64,000 bases of DNA from an archaeon (GTDB lineage: Archaea > Aenigmatarchaeota > Aenigmatarchaeia > Aenigmatarchaeales > JACQIB01), in NCBI GenBank assembly GCA_035291225.1, contig DATDSO010000010.1, positions 82,090 to 146,089 on the forward strand, in the 5' to 3' direction. A program made the position numbers and the translations under genes. Of the stretch, positions 1 to 8,671 are shown in pieces (the first letter of the stretch is position 1; the number at the start of each line of letters is the position of its first letter). A model generated the notes under the pieces. That model saw nothing but the letters and a program-made list of their open reading frames with translations. It was not told the DNA's origin and ran no database searches.

Positions 1-108
1 TTTTCTGCCAGCGCCACACAATAACAAAATCTCCCTCGCGAAAATTAGGCTCCATGCTTTGCTCGCGGGTTTTGTAGATAGAGATTGGAAAGCACATTCG
101 CTTCACTT

Positions 109-636
109 TTACAAACTCGGCCAAATCATTTCTTTTTTTGTTGGATACGGCGCAGTTGCTTTAAAAATTTCTAAACCTTTCGTTCTCCAGAAAATTTCTG
201 AAATTTTGTTTACACTTTCCAAAAGCTCTTCAGAAGCGCTCAAATTTATTTCCTGCCTTGCTTTGCTAGCGAGCTTCAAAGTTTTCCAAACCAAATCATT
301 TAGCTCGGGAAATTTCTGCAAATGCTCGGGCTTGAAATAATCTCCCCAAAGAATTCTCACTTCATTTTTCAAAATTTCCGCGTGCTGCTCTTTCACTAAA
401 ATATATCTCTGAATTTTGTTTAGAGCTTCCATTCTTTGCTCAGGAGTCATCTGCGGAACTATTGGAGGCAGCTCTGAAATTAAATTTACCATTCTAATAA
501 TTGTATGCGCCGCCATCTGCGCGCTGTGCGGATCGTAAATTCCGCAGGGAATATCGCAGTGCGCGTGCGCAATTCGCGCTGGAAAAATTTTGTCTATTGC
601 TGAAAAGATTTTGTGTATTGCTGGCATAATAATCAA
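109..636 (-). CDS. sodN: Nickel-containing superoxide dismutase (Ni-SOD) precursor. An N-terminal propeptide precedes the HCDxPCG nickel hook.
   Basis: The mature N-terminus HCDIPCGIYDP matches the Ni-hook HCDLPCGVYDP. Conserved downstream blocks ILWGDYFKPEH...FPEL and IFWRTKG parallel Streptomyces SodN. Confidence 0.85.
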   Translation of the reverse strand: MIIMPAIHKIFSAIDKIFPARIAHAHCDIPCGIYDPHSAQMAAHTIIRMVNLISELPPIVPQMTPEQRMEALNKIQRYILVKEQHAEILKNEVRILWGDYFKPEHLQKFPELNDLVWKTLKLASKARQEINLSASEELLESVNKISEIFWRTKGLEIFKATAPYPTKKEMIWPSL

Positions 637-666
637 ATAAAGTTATAATAGACTTATATAAAAAGC

Positions 667-1272
667 TTATGTTTCTTCAGCCATGCCCAAACTATTTTTC
701 AGGAATCCATCCCATTTTTTGTAGTGCACAAGAATCCCTTCTGGAGAAAGAACATGCCGTGGGCATGCGCTTTCCAAATCATCTTCTCCAATGCGTATCC
801 AAGCACCGCGCGTGTTCCCTTGTACGATTGCGTCCAGAACTTTTTTTCTACTTGCCCTGCCTAATAATTTCTGCCTCCGATCCTCCACAACGCTTATCTG
901 ATCCACATGCTTCTGTCTTAAATTCCATCTTGTTCTTTTATGTTCTTTCTCTCGGACAAATTTTTCCATAGCGCTCCTGTCCACGACATAAATATCCGTC
1001 ACATCACCACCGTTATGCCTGACATAAAAATACTGGAGGGAAAAATTTAGCCTTTCCGCTTCTGCAGAATATTTTCTGAACTGCTCAACAGCTATTATAG
1101 TTCTCTCATGATTTCCGAACGCTTTTACTTCTCCGATAACTCGCTGCGCTTCATCATAAATATCTGGCTGATATCCACCTCTTTTTTCTTTGCGCTCTAA
1201 GCCAAAAATTTCTGAAACCCTGTGCTCGCATTCTACTCCATGATAAACCCTTCTCGAATGTGAAGAAGACAT
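667..1272 (-). CDS. Hypothetical protein, possibly of PD-(D/E)xK nuclease fold.
   Basis: Long ORF with a QPDIYD...IGEVK spacing reminiscent of PD-x(n)-ExK. No other recognisable domain. Confidence 0.4.
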   Translation of the reverse strand: MSSSHSRRVYHGVECEHRVSEIFGLERKEKRGGYQPDIYDEAQRVIGEVKAFGNHERTIIAVEQFRKYSAEAERLNFSLQYFYVRHNGGDVTDIYVVDRSAMEKFVREKEHKRTRWNLRQKHVDQISVVEDRRQKLLGRASRKKVLDAIVQGNTRGAWIRIGEDDLESACPRHVLSPEGILVHYKKWDGFLKNSLGMAEET

Positions 1273-1405
1273 GACTCTTCTGAGAAATTAAAAGTTTTAA
1301 GCTTGCTTTCAAACCGCCAATCCACAAAGCTTATAAACTATAACTCACTTATAATCTTACGGTAGCTTTATTAACCAGTTATGAAAATTATAATCGTGTG
1401 ATAAA

Positions 1406-1762
1406 ATGTTAATGCCCTGCGAAGCAATAATCAAAAGCTTTTTGCCCGCTATAAGAGCGGCAACAGCAAAAAAACTTTCCGACGAGCATGAACTCTCTCA
1501 GGCAACAATCGCAAAAAATCTGGGAATAACACAGGCCGCCGTAAGCAACTATCTCTCGGGAAAATATGCAAAGCACATAAAAGAAATCGAGTCAAATTCA
1601 GAAATACAAAAAACTGCAAACAGGATTGCGCAGATGGTTGCTGTTGAAAGGAAAGAAAAAAAGCATGTTGTCAACACAATTTGCCTGGCGTGCGACAATT
1701 TTGCAGACTTGAGCTGCAAGGCAAACAAAAATTCAGCTGTTGTAAAGGCTTTTTTTAGATGA
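1406..1762 (+). CDS. Small HTH (XRE-like) transcriptional regulator with C-terminal Cys pairs.
   Basis: A helix-turn-helix-like segment SQATIAKNLGITQAAVSNYLSGK is present. A C-terminal CLACDNF....C may bind metal. A BRE/TATA-like AAGCTTATAAACTATAA lies upstream. Confidence 0.55.
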   Translation: MLMPCEAIIKSFLPAIRAATAKKLSDEHELSQATIAKNLGITQAAVSNYLSGKYAKHIKEIESNSEIQKTANRIAQMVAVERKEKKHVVNTICLACDNFADLSCKANKNSAVVKAFFR

Positions 1763-1774
1763 AAAATTATTTTT

Positions 1775-2389
1775 ATGAAAATAAAATCTGGTGAAAAAAT
1801 GCCGCTAACACTAACAAAAGAAACAATAATCAGCGAAGTGATAGAAAAATATCCGGCAGTTGCGGAAGTTTTGTCAGAGGCAGGATTGGGATGCGGTGGC
1901 TGCTCTTCCAGCGAGGGAGAGACAATCGCAGATGGTTTAATGTCTCATGGATTAACAGGCGAGGATGTTGATTCTTTCCTTGAGCAGATAAATACGCAGA
2001 TTGCTGCGCTTGAAAAAGCTGGCACGTTTAATGAACAAAAAGAAGAAAATGAAAAACCGAAACAAATTATAATCACAGACCCTGCAGCGGAAAAAGCAAA
2101 AGAGCTTATGAAAAAGCAAAATTTGAACGGAGAGCATGCTCTTAGAATAAAAGCGACCCCCGGCGGCTGCGCAGGCTTCAGGTATGGAATGGCTTTTGAC
2201 AAGCTTGCGAACGCAAACGGAGATGTTGTGCTGGAAAAATCCGGGCTTAAAATCCTTCTTGACCAGAAAAGCGCAGAGCGCTTGGGCGGGACAACAATTG
2301 ATTTTGTTGAAGATTTGGAAGGCTCGCGGTTCGTTTTCAACAACCCGTCGGCCAAAGCCACCTGCGGCTGCGGAAAATCCTTCAGATGA
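1775..2389 (+). CDS. Fusion protein with an N-terminal DUF1858-like redox domain (CGGC) and a C-terminal A-type Fe-S carrier (IscA/SufA/HesB).
   Basis: The C-terminus ends in the canonical HesB/IscA motif ...ATCGCGKSF. The N-terminus has the GLGCGGC motif typical of hybrid-cluster-associated DUF1858. Confidence 0.7.
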   Translation: MKIKSGEKMPLTLTKETIISEVIEKYPAVAEVLSEAGLGCGGCSSSEGETIADGLMSHGLTGEDVDSFLEQINTQIAALEKAGTFNEQKEENEKPKQIIITDPAAEKAKELMKKQNLNGEHALRIKATPGGCAGFRYGMAFDKLANANGDVVLEKSGLKILLDQKSAERLGGTTIDFVEDLEGSRFVFNNPSAKATCGCGKSFR

Positions 2390-2422
2390 AGCTTTATATA
2401 CCACTTAGGAGTAAATTATAGT

Positions 2423-2692
2423 ATGTCTAACTTCAGAATTGAGCATGACCGGCCCAACTGCATTGCCTGCGGAGCTTGCGCTGCTGTGACTCCGGATTTT
2501 TGGGAAATGAGCCCGGCGGATGGAAAGTCTGATATCAAAGGCTCGGAAAGAATTATGAACGGCGGCTCAGAAATTGTTTTGGAAAAACTTTCAATAGAGG
2601 AAAAAGATTTTCAGATAAACAAGGACGCGGCAGACGCATGCCCGGTTAATGTTATTCACATTTTCAAAGAAAGCGGGGAGAAGATAATTTAG
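2423..2692 (+). CDS. Small single-cluster ferredoxin.
   Basis: CIACGAC...CP cysteine pattern (CxxCxxC...CP). The ORF is about 89 aa. Confidence 0.6.
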   Translation: MSNFRIEHDRPNCIACGACAAVTPDFWEMSPADGKSDIKGSERIMNGGSEIVLEKLSIEEKDFQINKDAADACPVNVIHIFKESGEKII

Positions 2693-2859
2693 AAAAAAAT
2701 TTCATAGGCTCGGCAAATTCGTAAACTCATTTGCCTCGCCGACTAATGTGTGAAAAGAAAAAATCGGACGCGAAAGAATTTTTTGGCAATAGGATTTTGA
2801 CACATCAGTTGCGAGCGAGTTTTGGTTTACCAAAACGAGCGAGCCTTAGAAAAAAAATC

Positions 2860-3624
2860 ATGAGTGATGATATGCCAACCCTTGAAATAAAAAACCTCCA
2901 CGCGTCCGTGGATGGAAAAAAAATATTGAATGGAGTTTCGCTTACTGTTAAGTCTGGAGAAGTGCATGCAATCATGGGCCCGAATGGCTCGGGAAAATCC
3001 ACGCTCTCATTTTTGCTCATGGGCCACCCGAAATACAAAATAGACTCTGGGGAAATTTTGTTTGACGGAAAAAATATTTCCGAGCTGGCCGCGGACAAGC
3101 GCGCAAAGCTTGGAATGTTTTTAGGATTTCAATACCCGAGCGAAATCGCTGGGGTTTCTGTTTTCAATTTTTTGCGGACAACTTATAATTCTTTGCAGAG
3201 CAACGGCCACGCAAAGGAAATTCCTGTTTTAGAATTTGCAAGCCTGATGAATGAAAAAGCAAAAGTTGTCGGGATAGAAGCAGGAATGGTAAAGAGAAAT
3301 CTCAACGAGGGATTTTCCGGCGGAGAGAAAAAGAGAAATGAGATTTTGCAAATGGCTGTTTTGAAGCCTAAGCTTGCGATTCTTGACGAGCCCGACTCTG
3401 GAACTGACATTGATGGCCTGAGAAATATTGCGAACGGAATAAACAAAGTTGTCGCAGAAAACAAAACCGGCGTGCTTTTGATAACCCACTACAACAGGAT
3501 TTTGCAGCACGTGCGCCCGAACTTTGTGCATATTTTTGTTGATGGAAAAATTGTCAAGAGCGGCGGGCCTGAGCTCGCAGAAGAAGTTGAAAAAAGCGGG
3601 TATGATGTTTATAGGAATAATTAA
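2860..3624 (+). CDS. sufC: Fe-S cluster assembly ATPase SufC (ABC ATPase). The ORF-track start at 2731 is an upstream extension.
   Basis: Walker A GPNGSGKST, ABC signature FSGGEKKR and Walker B ILDEPDSG are present. The in-frame ATG at 2860 gives a typical ~254 aa SufC. Confidence 0.9.
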   Translation: MSDDMPTLEIKNLHASVDGKKILNGVSLTVKSGEVHAIMGPNGSGKSTLSFLLMGHPKYKIDSGEILFDGKNISELAADKRAKLGMFLGFQYPSEIAGVSVFNFLRTTYNSLQSNGHAKEIPVLEFASLMNEKAKVVGIEAGMVKRNLNEGFSGGEKKRNEILQMAVLKPKLAILDEPDSGTDIDGLRNIANGINKVVAENKTGVLLITHYNRILQHVRPNFVHIFVDGKIVKSGGPELAEEVEKSGYDVYRNN

Positions 3625-3637
3625 TTGGTGAAAATTT

Positions 3638-4183
3638 ATGCCAACACAAGAATATGCTATCGGAATAGAATCATTTCAAGAGATTTTAGAAGGAATGAAA
3701 ACTAGAGGAGGCACAAATATAGAAATTGCAGTCGGACCTGGCATAGTTAGAGTTTGCGGATATAATTCAGATGAACCTCTTTATTTTATAGATTTCGAAG
3801 GCAATCCGGATATTGCCTCTTTTGAACAAAATATAAAAAAGGCCAAAGATATCGAAGAAATTTTAAAACAACATGGTTACCCTGTTAAAATTGAATATTA
3901 TGGCTCACTGAAAGATGTGAAGAGTTCTGTTTTTAAAGATGGATATTATCGCGATTTTTATGTGAGAAGTGGAAAGTTGGAATCCGGACATGAGCTTCTT
4001 TGGATTGAATTGCATGGAGCAAAATCTTTGGCCAAACACTTGCCAGATGCTTCATCTGAAGAAGAAACGGATAAAATCAAATCTGAAGCAGAGCAAGGAG
4101 TAGACCCGCTTCATTATTTTGATTTTAAACTAGACGAAGTGGCACCTGAAGTTGATGAAACCACAATAGAAAAATGGAAGTGA
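3638..4183 (+). CDS. Hypothetical protein inserted between sufC and sufB.
   Basis: 181-aa ORF with a GGTGA SD-like motif 8 nt upstream and tight spacing. No recognisable motif. Confidence 0.5.
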   Translation: MPTQEYAIGIESFQEILEGMKTRGGTNIEIAVGPGIVRVCGYNSDEPLYFIDFEGNPDIASFEQNIKKAKDIEEILKQHGYPVKIEYYGSLKDVKSSVFKDGYYRDFYVRSGKLESGHELLWIELHGAKSLAKHLPDASSEEETDKIKSEAEQGVDPLHYFDFKLDEVAPEVDETTIEKWK

Positions 4184-4188
4184 TATTT

Positions 4189-5595
4189 ATGCCAGCCCCC
4201 AAATCCAGTTTCCTAGACATTAACCAAAAGAGCTCAGACTTCAAAATGGAAGTGGAATATTCAACAGAGCTGCCGAAAGGCTTGTCAGCAGAAGTTGTGA
4301 AAAAGATTTCAGAAATAAAAGGCGAGCCAGAGTGGATGCTTGCATTAAGATTAAAAGCTTTTGAGCATTTCACAAAAAGAGCAATGCCAACTTGGGGCCC
4401 AGACCTCTCTGCAATGAACTTTGATGAAATTACTTATTACAGAAAGCCTGCCGGAAAAAACGCAAAAGACTGGAAAGATGTTCCGGAAAATATCAAAAAA
4501 ACTTTTGAGCGCCTGGGAATTCCAGAGGCAGAAAGAAATTTTCTCGCGGGCGCGGGCGCGCAGATGGAATCCGAATCAATCTACCACAAAGTCCGCGATG
4601 ACTTGGCAAAGCTTGGAGTTATTTTCTGCGACATGGACACAGCTGTGCGCGAGTATCCAGAAATTGTGAAAAAATATTTCGGAACAGTTGTGCCTTACAA
4701 TGACAACAAATTCGCGAGCCTCAATACAGCAGTATGGTCAGGCGGAAGTTTTGTTTACATTCCAAAAGGAGTTCATGTTGAATTGCCTTTGCAGGCTTAT
4801 TTCAGAATCAATGCCGAAAGAACCGGGCAGTTTGAAAGAACAATGATAATTGTTGAAGATGGCGCGAGCGTGCACTATATTGAAGGTTGTTCCGCCCCAA
4901 GCTATTCTGAAAATTCTTTGCACGCGGCTGTTGTGGAATTAATTGCGCTGCCCGGCTCGCGCGTCCGCTACACAACTTTGCAAAACTGGGCAACAAACAT
5001 TTTTAATTTAGTTACAAAAAGAGCGCACGCCCACGAGGGAGCGTATGTGGAATGGGTTGATGCGAATGTCGGCTCTGCAATAACTATGAAATATCCGTCT
5101 GTGTTTTTAATTGGCGAAGGCTCGCGCGCGGATATTCTTTCAGTTGCATTTGCAAACTCAAACCAAATCCAGGACACGGGCGCGAAAGCAATTCACATTG
5201 GAGCAAACACTTCCTCAACAATTCTTTCAAAGTCTGTTTCAAAAGGCAGCGGCTTCACAAATTTCCGCGGGCTCGTGCAGATTTACAAAGGCGCGCGAAA
5301 TTCAAAGTCACATATGAAGTGCGACGCGCTCATGCTAGATTCGGAATCAAAATCAGACACAATTCCAACTTTGAAAATAGATGAGAAGGAAGTCCAGTGC
5401 GGGCACGAGGCGGTTGTGGGAAAAGTTTCCGAGGACCAGCTTTTCTATTTAATGAGCCGCGGTTTGACTGAGCAGCAGGCAACAACAATGATTGTCTCAG
5501 GATTTTTGCAGGCGTTCACAAAATCTCTGCCGCTTGAATATGCGATTGAATTTAACAGATTGATTGAATTGGAAATGACCGGTTCGGTCGGGTGA
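4189..5595 (+). CDS. sufB: Fe-S cluster assembly protein SufB.
   Basis: Roughly 470 aa SufB/SufD fold with typical C-terminal beta-helix blocks (...GHEAVVGKVSEDQLFYLMSRGL...). It is in an operon with sufC and sufS. Confidence 0.9.
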   Translation: MPAPKSSFLDINQKSSDFKMEVEYSTELPKGLSAEVVKKISEIKGEPEWMLALRLKAFEHFTKRAMPTWGPDLSAMNFDEITYYRKPAGKNAKDWKDVPENIKKTFERLGIPEAERNFLAGAGAQMESESIYHKVRDDLAKLGVIFCDMDTAVREYPEIVKKYFGTVVPYNDNKFASLNTAVWSGGSFVYIPKGVHVELPLQAYFRINAERTGQFERTMIIVEDGASVHYIEGCSAPSYSENSLHAAVVELIALPGSRVRYTTLQNWATNIFNLVTKRAHAHEGAYVEWVDANVGSAITMKYPSVFLIGEGSRADILSVAFANSNQIQDTGAKAIHIGANTSSTILSKSVSKGSGFTNFRGLVQIYKGARNSKSHMKCDALMLDSESKSDTIPTLKIDEKEVQCGHEAVVGKVSEDQLFYLMSRGLTEQQATTMIVSGFLQAFTKSLPLEYAIEFNRLIELEMTGSVG

Positions 5596-6827
5596 TTTTT
5601 CTGAATGAAAAATTCTGGTTGGGAATAAAAAAAGATTTTCCTGTTTTGCAAAGAAAAATAAATGGAAAGAAAATTATTTATTTGGACAACGCAGCCACGA
5701 GTCAAAAGCCGCTCCAAGTTATAGAAGCAATTTCACATTTCTACAAAACCTGCAATGCAAATGTGGGCCGCAGCATTCACACGCTCGCAGAAGAGGCAAC
5801 TGAAAAGTTTGAGGAAGCGCGCGAGAAAGTTGCGCGATTTATTGGAGCTCCTTTCAGCAGAGAAATAATTTTCACGCGCAACGCTACTGAAGCAATAAAT
5901 TTAGTTGCTTATTCTTTTGGGCAAACTCTAAAAGCTGGCGATGAAATAATTTCCACTGTAATGGAGCACCACTCAAATATTGTTCCGTGGCAGTTTCTGA
6001 AAACCCGCGGGGTTAAATTGAAATTTATTGATATTGATGAAAATGGAAATTTGGATTTGCAGCAATTTAAAAAATTGCTGAGCAAAAAAACAAAACTTGT
6101 TTGCCTGACTCATGTTTCAAATGTTCTCGGAACAATAAATCCGGTTGAGGAAATTTGCAAGCTCGCTCATGCAGCAGGCAGCCTTGTGCTTGTGGATGGC
6201 GCGCAGTCTGCCCCGCACATGCCTGTTAATGTGAAAAAACTTGGATGTGATTTTTTTGTTTTCTCTGGGCACAAAATGCTTGGGCCAACTGGGATTGGAG
6301 TTTTGTGGGGGCGAGCAGAAATATTGGAAAAACTTTCTCCATTCTTGGGCGGCGGGGATATGATTCGCGAAGTGAAATTAGAAGAAACAACTTTCAATGA
6401 ACTCCCATGGAAATTTGAGGCAGGCACTCCGAATATTGAAGGAGCGATTGCTCTCGGCGCAGCTATTGATTATTTGGAAAAAATCGGAATGCAAAAAATC
6501 CGCGAGCACGAAATTGAAATTACAAAATATGCTCTGGGAAAACTTTCCGAAATTTCTGGTGTGAAAATTTCTGGACCCACTCACGCAGCCGAGCGCGGCG
6601 GAGTTGTTTCATTTAATCTGAAAGGAGCGCACCCGCATGATGTTGCGCAAATTTTAGATGAGAGTGGAATTGCAATTCGCAGCGGGCACGCATGCTGCCA
6701 ACCTTTAATGAAAAGGCTCGGAATTGCAGCAGTCTGCCGCGCGAGCTTTTACATTTACAATTCCAAGGAAGATGTGGACGCTCTTGTTGCAGGAATAGAA
6801 AAAGTGAAAAAGGTTTTGAGGATTTGA
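5592..6827 (+). CDS. sufS: Cysteine desulfurase SufS (class V aminotransferase). A GTG start is likely.
   Basis: The YLDNAATSQKP motif, PLP-lysine region SGHKMLGPTGIG and catalytic Cys region RSGHACCQP are present. Confidence 0.9.
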   Translation: MIFLNEKFWLGIKKDFPVLQRKINGKKIIYLDNAATSQKPLQVIEAISHFYKTCNANVGRSIHTLAEEATEKFEEAREKVARFIGAPFSREIIFTRNATEAINLVAYSFGQTLKAGDEIISTVMEHHSNIVPWQFLKTRGVKLKFIDIDENGNLDLQQFKKLLSKKTKLVCLTHVSNVLGTINPVEEICKLAHAAGSLVLVDGAQSAPHMPVNVKKLGCDFFVFSGHKMLGPTGIGVLWGRAEILEKLSPFLGGGDMIREVKLEETTFNELPWKFEAGTPNIEGAIALGAAIDYLEKIGMQKIREHEIEITKYALGKLSEISGVKISGPTHAAERGGVVSFNLKGAHPHDVAQILDESGIAIRSGHACCQPLMKRLGIAAVCRASFYIYNSKEDVDALVAGIEKVKKVLRI

Positions 6828-6831
6828 TTTT

Positions 6832-7359
6832 ATGCCAGGAAAAGTTTATCAGATAAATGTTAAGCCGGACACTCCTGGCGAACATGGTTTGCCAAAGAGA
6901 TCTGTTGAGCATGTTGTAGTAACTCGATTAGGTTTAGAAGGAGATTTCTGCAGGCACAGATATGAACATGGCAATGCTCCAGAGAGAGCTCTTTTAATTT
7001 ATCCTTTGGAAGAAATCAGGCTGCTTAAATTAGAAGGATGGCCTATTGAGGCTGGCCATATAGGAGAAAATTTAACAACAGAAGGAATTCCTTATGAACA
7101 ATTTGGCACTCAGCAGCAAGATGGAGGAAAACAAAAATATGTTCTCGTTGATGGAAAGAGATTTAGAATCGGTGAATCTGTTGAAATACAAATAGCAAAA
7201 GTTTGTAATCCCTGCTCTAATTTATCTCTGCTTCCTTATGTTGATAGAAAATTTCCAGAATTTTTCAGAAGAGTTGTTGGAAAAAGAGGTTGGTATGCAA
7301 AAGTTTTGAAAGATGGTGAAATCAAAAGAGGAGATCCAATAGCAGAGGTGGCAGCATGA
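6832..7359 (+). CDS. MOSC domain protein (Moco sulfurase C-terminal-like).
   Basis: About 175 aa beta-barrel MOSC pattern with a conserved Cys near the C-terminus (VCNPCS). It is embedded in the suf operon. Confidence 0.65.
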   Translation: MPGKVYQINVKPDTPGEHGLPKRSVEHVVVTRLGLEGDFCRHRYEHGNAPERALLIYPLEEIRLLKLEGWPIEAGHIGENLTTEGIPYEQFGTQQQDGGKQKYVLVDGKRFRIGESVEIQIAKVCNPCSNLSLLPYVDRKFPEFFRRVVGKRGWYAKVLKDGEIKRGDPIAEVAA

Positions 7360-7736
7360 GCCTTGACATGTACGCAGAACAAATCCTTGACTACTACAAA
7401 AATCCCCGAAATTTTGGGGAAATAAAAAATGCGCAAATTCATGCGCGCGATTTGAATCCTTTGTGCGGGGATGAGATAGAAATTTTTGCGAAAGCAAATG
7501 GTCAAATGATTTCTGAAATAAAATTCAAGGGCGTGGGCTGCGCGATTTCAATGGCAAGCGCCAGCATGCTTACAGAAAAAGCAAAGGGGAAAAATATTTC
7601 TGAAGTTATGAAATTTGGAGAGAAAGAAATCTTGGAAATGCTTGGAATAGAAGTTTCTCCTGCGCGAAAAAAGTGCGCAATGCTCGGGCTTTGGGTTTTG
7701 CAGATGGGCCTGAAAAAGTTTCTAGAGAAAAAATAA
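7356..7736 (+). CDS. sufU: SufU/IscU-like Fe-S scaffold or sulfur-transfer protein.
   Basis: Conserved Cys in NPLCGDEIEI, GVGCAIS and KKCAML, which is the NifU N-terminal domain pattern. Confidence 0.75.
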   Translation: MSLDMYAEQILDYYKNPRNFGEIKNAQIHARDLNPLCGDEIEIFAKANGQMISEIKFKGVGCAISMASASMLTEKAKGKNISEVMKFGEKEILEMLGIEVSPARKKCAMLGLWVLQMGLKKFLEKK

Positions 7737-7924
7737 TTCTAAAAATCAAAAATCACCCAATTAAAGTGGTTTGATATTAATGGGTGATTTAGGTGACAAT
7801 GTTTGGTGTTCCGATATTAGAAAAATAAAATACGAACACCACACATTGTCAGGATATCCAGATACCACAGATATAATTATGGTTGCTTTGCAACCACCTA
7901 TTAAAAATAGGTGGTATCTGTCTA

Positions 7925-8584
7925 TCAGCAATAGCACCCATAAGGCCCGCGGCCGCAGGACACGCAGCTGTTTCCTGAGCATCTCTTGCATCCGCTGCAC
8001 TGGGAATCATTTGTGCAGTCCACATCCACGCATTTTTTGTTTGAGCAAATTTGTTTGTAGCCGCAGGCTGAATTTGAGGTGCATTCGGCTGTTGTGGTTG
8101 TTGCGGGCAATGTAGTTGTTGTGGTTGAAGAAGTGGTAGTTGAAGGAGTTGTTGTAGGAGGCAATGTAGTTGTTGTGGTTGAAGAAGTTGTTGTTGAAGA
8201 ACTTGTTGTTGTGCTGCTGCTTGTCGCAGATGTTGTTGTTCCTTGCGGAATGTTTTGCTTTAATCCCGCAGATTCCTTAACCGCGCAAACAACCTGATAA
8301 GTTTTCGCGTCCATCCAAACTATTAGCTTTGTATCGTTGCCTTCATCATCAATTGTTGTTTTGTAATAGCTGCCGACTTGAAAATTCTCGCAGTCTTTTT
8401 TTATTTCTTCCATCCGCGAAACAATCTCTCCCTGGCTAATTAGGCTTGTGGCAATTTTTGCATTCGGATATTGTGAAAGAAAATTCTGAATAGCCGGACT
8501 TGCTTTCAAATAAAGATCAATTTGGCTGGCTGTGCAGCCTGCCACCAGAACAACTCCCAGAAGCAAAATAGAAATTATTTTCAT
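7925..8584 (-). CDS. Secreted lipoprotein with a Thr/Ser-rich linker and a C-terminal Cys-rich domain.
   Basis: Signal peptide plus lipobox LVAGC. A (T/S)n linker is present. The C-terminus reads CTSNSACGYKQICSNKKCVDVDCTNDSQCSGCKRCSGNSC. Confidence 0.6.
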   Translation of the reverse strand: MKIISILLLGVVLVAGCTASQIDLYLKASPAIQNFLSQYPNAKIATSLISQGEIVSRMEEIKKDCENFQVGSYYKTTIDDEGNDTKLIVWMDAKTYQVVCAVKESAGLKQNIPQGTTTSATSSSTTTSSSTTTSSTTTTTLPPTTTPSTTTSSTTTTTLPATTTTAECTSNSACGYKQICSNKKCVDVDCTNDSQCSGCKRCSGNSCVSCGRGPYGCYC

Positions 8585-8671
8585 AGATTAATAACTATCG
8601 GGCTATTTTTAAATGTTTTGTGGTTGGAGCTAAGAAGCTTTTTTGGATGGGTTGCGATTAAAACATAAAAC

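Noticed and set aside
669-971. A 100-aa plus-strand ORF opposite the 667-1272 gene.
   Set aside because: The minus-strand frame is twice as long, has balanced composition and a PD-(D/E)xK-like motif. The plus frame is Leu/Ser/Pro-rich, which is typical of antisense.
2731-2859. An N-terminal extension of SufC (MPRRLMCEKKKSDAKEFF...).
   Set aside because: SufC homologs begin near MSDDMPTLEIKNL. The extension has no homology and would overlap the upstream promoter region, so the internal ATG at 2860 was preferred.
8079-8297. A plus-strand ORF encoding VVVVAGNVVVVVEE...
   Set aside because: It is the antisense of the Thr/Ser-rich linker of the lipoprotein gene at 7925-8584, so it is a compositional artefact.
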